Of a stretch of 64,000 nucleotides of DNA, positions 61,101-64,000 are shown piece by piece. The stretch is from a virus. The stretch is from positions 1 through 64,000 of IMG/VR virus record IMGVR_UViG_3300027805_000010. The stretch is one strand, 5' to 3'. A program made the position numbers and the translations under genes. The notes under the pieces were generated by a model. The model did no database searches, was not told the origin of the DNA, and saw only the letters and a list, made by a program, of their open reading frames with translations. The number at the start of each line of letters is the position of its first letter. The first letter of the stretch is position 1.

Positions 61101-62030
61101 TTACCACAAGGTGATCAGTCAATAGAGATACATATTACACATCCATGGGTAACGTCATATACTGCATATCGTGCAGCTTACATTGCTTTAACTGGTGATA
61201 CTTCAACATTGCCGACTACATTAGTAGCCCCAATCGATTGTACTGCGCCGTCAGGTAATGGTACTGCTAGATTAATGTTTAGACAATCTAAGTTTATTCC
61301 ACTATTCTCAGATCAACCAAAAGGTAAACAGCAATCTATTTACTTAAATGAAAACCCGGCATTACTAACTGTTTTATCAAGTACACCGATAAACTTTAAT
61401 AGTGGTCAAACATTACAGGCAAGTCCATCATTAATGTTTATCCCAGTATTGAGTAATCCAATAACACCAGGATTTGTAAATTATTCAAGAAATGTTAAAA
61501 CTTCTTTTGAAACATTTGATCAATATCAATTAGGAAAAAATAGTTGTGGTTCATATCTATTTATGTCAGCCGATGATCATAGAGTTATTCAAACGGACGG
61601 TGATTCAATTCAGTCTAGTAAGATCGTACAATTTGGTAGCGCTAATGCTATAAACATTCCAATTGTTTTCCAATATAGAATGACAGATTATTACGGTGTA
61701 GGTAGCGGTTCATCCGGTGGTATTGGTAATGTTGCAGGTAATTCAACAGGGGCTGTTACCAATTTAACTTATGCTAAGAAAATCGGTTTTGATATTTGGC
61801 CAAGCGGTGGTACAGTAGCCCAATATGATGTTGAATTTTTTGCTAAGTACAAATCAGACAATCTTAATATTGATGTATTCCCTGCGGCTACGGTAACTAA
61901 AGGGCTGGGCGATCTTGAAAAGGTTGTAAGTAATCTAAGACCAAGTATTACAGAGACTAAGGTTAATAAGGTACAAAATACTGGAAGAAACTTTATTTCA
62001 AACGACAGTGGTGATTTCATTATTCAATAA
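58179..62030 (+). CDS. Large virion structural protein (coiled coil + FN3-like segment)
   Basis: 1283 aa; EVQVKSISEAGW..ESEWSEP FN3-like end. Confidence 0.5.
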   Translation: MAENNSISTLLPELLRLFNNSLESFEKVNQAITSNRDSVTVNIQNEDGTNSRVTIPSFGFLKNSVDRLQSNINTITNVGGGSSSVRLADGTFRKLVLAKLPTEAPDLTSINSVNQFRIKPNWFFEELINPLLYISFDLTNQVPIDTEKAIIQRYILDTNTQAKIQFFDNNYNGKSGLDYFTFLQEIVERNISYVLDEAVVDLPPRTKRYTGKFSVTRITEVDFTEEINGVSVTSPKKQYKLNKIFYTDSEADFNDTVQLKVGDSVEVVSNPIDTRYIVKSVDSSTSTVILDLVEGTRPIQIGADILKIGSSINNNVQVDVTVGFNERCVTFVKPIDPDSKIPAVNWSPGAGFYTNALTTIAEDGTQQTLADYYQRYAVDFGKFLLSFAEDKIPTSREGLIPNAPAPTSADFKVKLVNGQVTNADAVVQLQDLNNQKNTLDSTLKELDTAISQYRTKIQTTNYATNVERDADKNALQGLITERSSQAELYASIVKEIDAKSKDNSVASITPKYRARGFWPMPQEKSSPATGPQAVVKFKIRYRYLSQDGAANPVDQFTFVDGGSQSQGAFSNYEIIESVLRPRGKNPITGLYQWAPINNDNADAVNINQLDIAIRKGEILEVQVKSISEAGWPSNPLESEWSEPVRIEFPADLSSDSAVEAILAQNKQDIAKVSLQETLNAKGIDEHLSSSFVANEKYYAHSAQVIASGFLSENQTPVDLFSKLAEMQARLDEFSEILRNASGELAVTLVDDQGNVINLNRNSTTKVFAGFYFNEVKALDDPRGAIISKTFFINIANAEQTGLRLISRVAGSRNRMTKQSENPGYTNAEAANGTVILPATYSWLDNSATNQSDGRPTYVGNDTDYNTIRKYDLTPILLTNPSVTSTSKYGQTISLSPYQSTQNKNQFIYARYKDVSSEESFYNYLNPDNDYTFNLDTCENFFLKDNFSSVATAGEFIWGGGFDAAGLPTTSPSYDLPQGDQSIEIHITHPWVTSYTAYRAAYIALTGDTSTLPTTLVAPIDCTAPSGNGTARLMFRQSKFIPLFSDQPKGKQQSIYLNENPALLTVLSSTPINFNSGQTLQASPSLMFIPVLSNPITPGFVNYSRNVKTSFETFDQYQLGKNSCGSYLFMSADDHRVIQTDGDSIQSSKIVQFGSANAINIPIVFQYRMTDYYGVGSGSSGGIGNVAGNSTGAVTNLTYAKKIGFDIWPSGGTVAQYDVEFFAKYKSDNLNIDVFPAATVTKGLGDLEKVVSNLRPSITETKVNKVQNTGRNFISNDSGDFIIQ

Positions 62031-62106
62031 CTATTGACTATCATTTCCTATAGGCCTTTGATTTATTAGCCAGGAATGGTGAATAAATAAAAAAAGTGAA
62101 ACTTAA

Positions 62107-64000
62107 ATGGCCGAGCCAATACTTGATAAAGCATCATACAGTCTTGTACGTACTAACCCTAAGCTAACAGCGAATGTAAAGCTTATCTATAATGGTAACG
62201 ATCTTTACCTTGAGTCGTTTAGTGCAAATAATATTCTGTCATCTTCATCATTTAAGGCATTTAAAATTGATGGCACTTCAACATATGATCAGGATGTATA
62301 TAAGTTTTTTAAAAACGGAACTGTACCTACTGACATAGCATACGAAGCTTTTCAAGAATTCCAAGATACTTCTGTCCTATCATCATACGGTAATCAGTAT
62401 GAAATGTTTTATGCGGCTGGTGCAAGATCTCTTTCATCTGAAGTATATACGGAAGACTTAGGTATTCTTGCTCCTCTTTGGTTAAATAGCCAAATACCAA
62501 AATACTTTGTGGTATATAGATTAAACGATCCTTCTTCTGTAAATAATGTCAATGCGTTTTCACAAAACGATGGAGAGACTGCTGCGCAAACTGCAGAAAA
62601 GTTTTCACAGTTTGTTTTACAAAATTGTACGGCCGTTAAAACCTTTGATTTAAGAGAAACATCTAAACTAGGTGGCTATATTAGAAGATATTTTAATCAG
62701 GATGCATTTCCTAAAGCGCCACTTACAATGACATGGCGATCAGACGATCCTGTTTTATGGAATGGTATTTCTTACACTAAAGGCGGGTTTACTTCAGGTG
62801 GCAGTTATTCTTATACAGATTTAGTTACAAAGGATTCAACTATTTTACAAGATGAATATTTCTTTACACAGGGGTTTCAAAGAAACGGTATTATTTTAGC
62901 AAACCTAATTAATCTTGAATTTTTGTTTTCTGATGTTAATGCAGATGAATACTCAATTAACCGTTACTTTGGTTTATATGTAGATGAGGTAACTGAAGGT
63001 ACATTTAAAATATCAGGAGAAGGTTTTTATGGTAATGTTGAAAAAACACAATTGCCTAAAATTAAAACAATAACTGAGGTATCACAGTTTTTAAACAAAC
63101 CGCTTGAAATTAAGAATACTAATGGTGTAATAGTTTATCTGGATAGTTCATCAATTAATACGGTTACTGGTATACCAACGCCGGCTAGAGTTAATGAAGT
63201 TGAATCTATCTTTTACATAAAGGATAAAAATGACCAGTTTCATACAATTAAGAAAGGTTCTTTTTGGGGCGAAAACCAAATAAGAATATTTGATACTAAG
63301 ATTGATATATCTCAATTAACCGGATTTGATGAACCTGATACATTTGCAAATGCTCAGATTTTAAATAGGAAGGGTAAGGCCACTGCGTACATTAATGTCA
63401 TTGGTGAATTTCCAAATGGTTCAAAGATTACATTTTATGATGGTTTAAATCAGATAGGTCAGGTTAGTGCAAATGAATCATTGACAGCTGGTCCTGGTAC
63501 TTCTTTTGAAAGCTTTTTTAATCCTAAGGGTACTACAAAGGAAATTGCCTCTGCTATATGTAAAGCAATTCAATTTGGAATTAGCGAAGAAACTCGTTTC
63601 TTTAATCCTACTATAAATGAATCTACAGTTTACTTACAATCAAGATTTACTGGTACTAGATTTAATCGTTTAAGACTTGGTTTAAATTGGGATGAATATC
63701 CAGAACTAGACGAATCTTTAGTAACCTATCCAGTTACTAACACGTTAACTACAACTGCATACTTTGTTGGCGGTACCGATTTAGAAAATTCATTACTCTT
63801 AGTTGAGCCCGGAGATCAAGATAGATTTATAAAAGGAGACTATGTTAATACAAAGGGCGGGTTTGTAACTATATCTGATTGGGTACCTTATCTTGATGAG
63901 CCTGTAATAAGTGGGAATGGGACACAAACTGGATATCGTAATATAGATAAATATGTTGTCATAGCAGTAAATGGAAATCAGCTTGATGTAACACGATCTG
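62107..64000 (+). CDS. Large structural protein, truncated by the window end
   Basis: MAEPILDKASYSLVRTNPKLTANVKL... apparently open to the end; late-type GAATAAATA upstream. Confidence 0.7.
   Translation, partial: MAEPILDKASYSLVRTNPKLTANVKLIYNGNDLYLESFSANNILSSSSFKAFKIDGTSTYDQDVYKFFKNGTVPTDIAYEAFQEFQDTSVLSSYGNQYEMFYAAGARSLSSEVYTEDLGILAPLWLNSQIPKYFVVYRLNDPSSVNNVNAFSQNDGETAAQTAEKFSQFVLQNCTAVKTFDLRETSKLGGYIRRYFNQDAFPKAPLTMTWRSDDPVLWNGISYTKGGFTSGGSYSYTDLVTKDSTILQDEYFFTQGFQRNGIILANLINLEFLFSDVNADEYSINRYFGLYVDEVTEGTFKISGEGFYGNVEKTQLPKIKTITEVSQFLNKPLEIKNTNGVIVYLDSSSINTVTGIPTPARVNEVESIFYIKDKNDQFHTIKKGSFWGENQIRIFDTKIDISQLTGFDEPDTFANAQILNRKGKATAYINVIGEFPNGSKITFYDGLNQIGQVSANESLTAGPGTSFESFFNPKGTTKEIASAICKAIQFGISEETRFFNPTINESTVYLQSRFTGTRFNRLRLGLNWDEYPELDESLVTYPVTNTLTTTAYFVGGTDLENSLLLVEPGDQDRFIKGDYVNTKGGFVTISDWVPYLDEPVISGNGTQTGYRNIDKYVVIAVNGNQLDVTRS

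Overview
The window looks like a 64-kb segment of a large, AT-rich, myovirus-like (T4-type contractile tail) phage genome in the standard genetic code. The host is very probably Bacteroidota: most genes have A-rich starts with no Shine-Dalgarno, signal peptides are cleaved before Gln, one protein has a T9SS C-terminal domain, the bS21 is Bacteroidota-type, and there are TAnnTTT(G/A) promoters. From left to right: (1) a DUF932-like gene, then a ~1-kb GC-rich, palindrome/CTAG-dense non-coding segment with a C-to-G skew switch (candidate origin or terminus); (2) small accessory genes with a tRNA cluster (Ile-UAU, Leu-UAA, Arg-UCU, Gly-UCC, a tRNA-like RNA lacking an anticodon loop, and a second structured RNA); (3) an epimerase, bS21 and two peptidoglycan enzymes; (4) an 8-gene operon-like block of exported proteins (cohesin/dockerin/T9SS-CTD scaffold, two CsgG-like paralogs, a beta-barrel with a Gly/Ser tether, a nested C-type-lectin/LamG/dockerin protein, a HExxH peptidase and two membrane proteins), which is the best candidate for an undescribed system; (5) repair, nucleotide and chaperone genes (split PNKP, AEP-like protein, DnaJ, DNA ligase, dCMP deaminase); (6) collagen-like fibres, then baseplate/neck genes interrupted by a ribosomal S1-like protein, a PKD-LRR protein and an amidoligase-like protein. 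All calls come from reading motifs by eye; no database searches were run.
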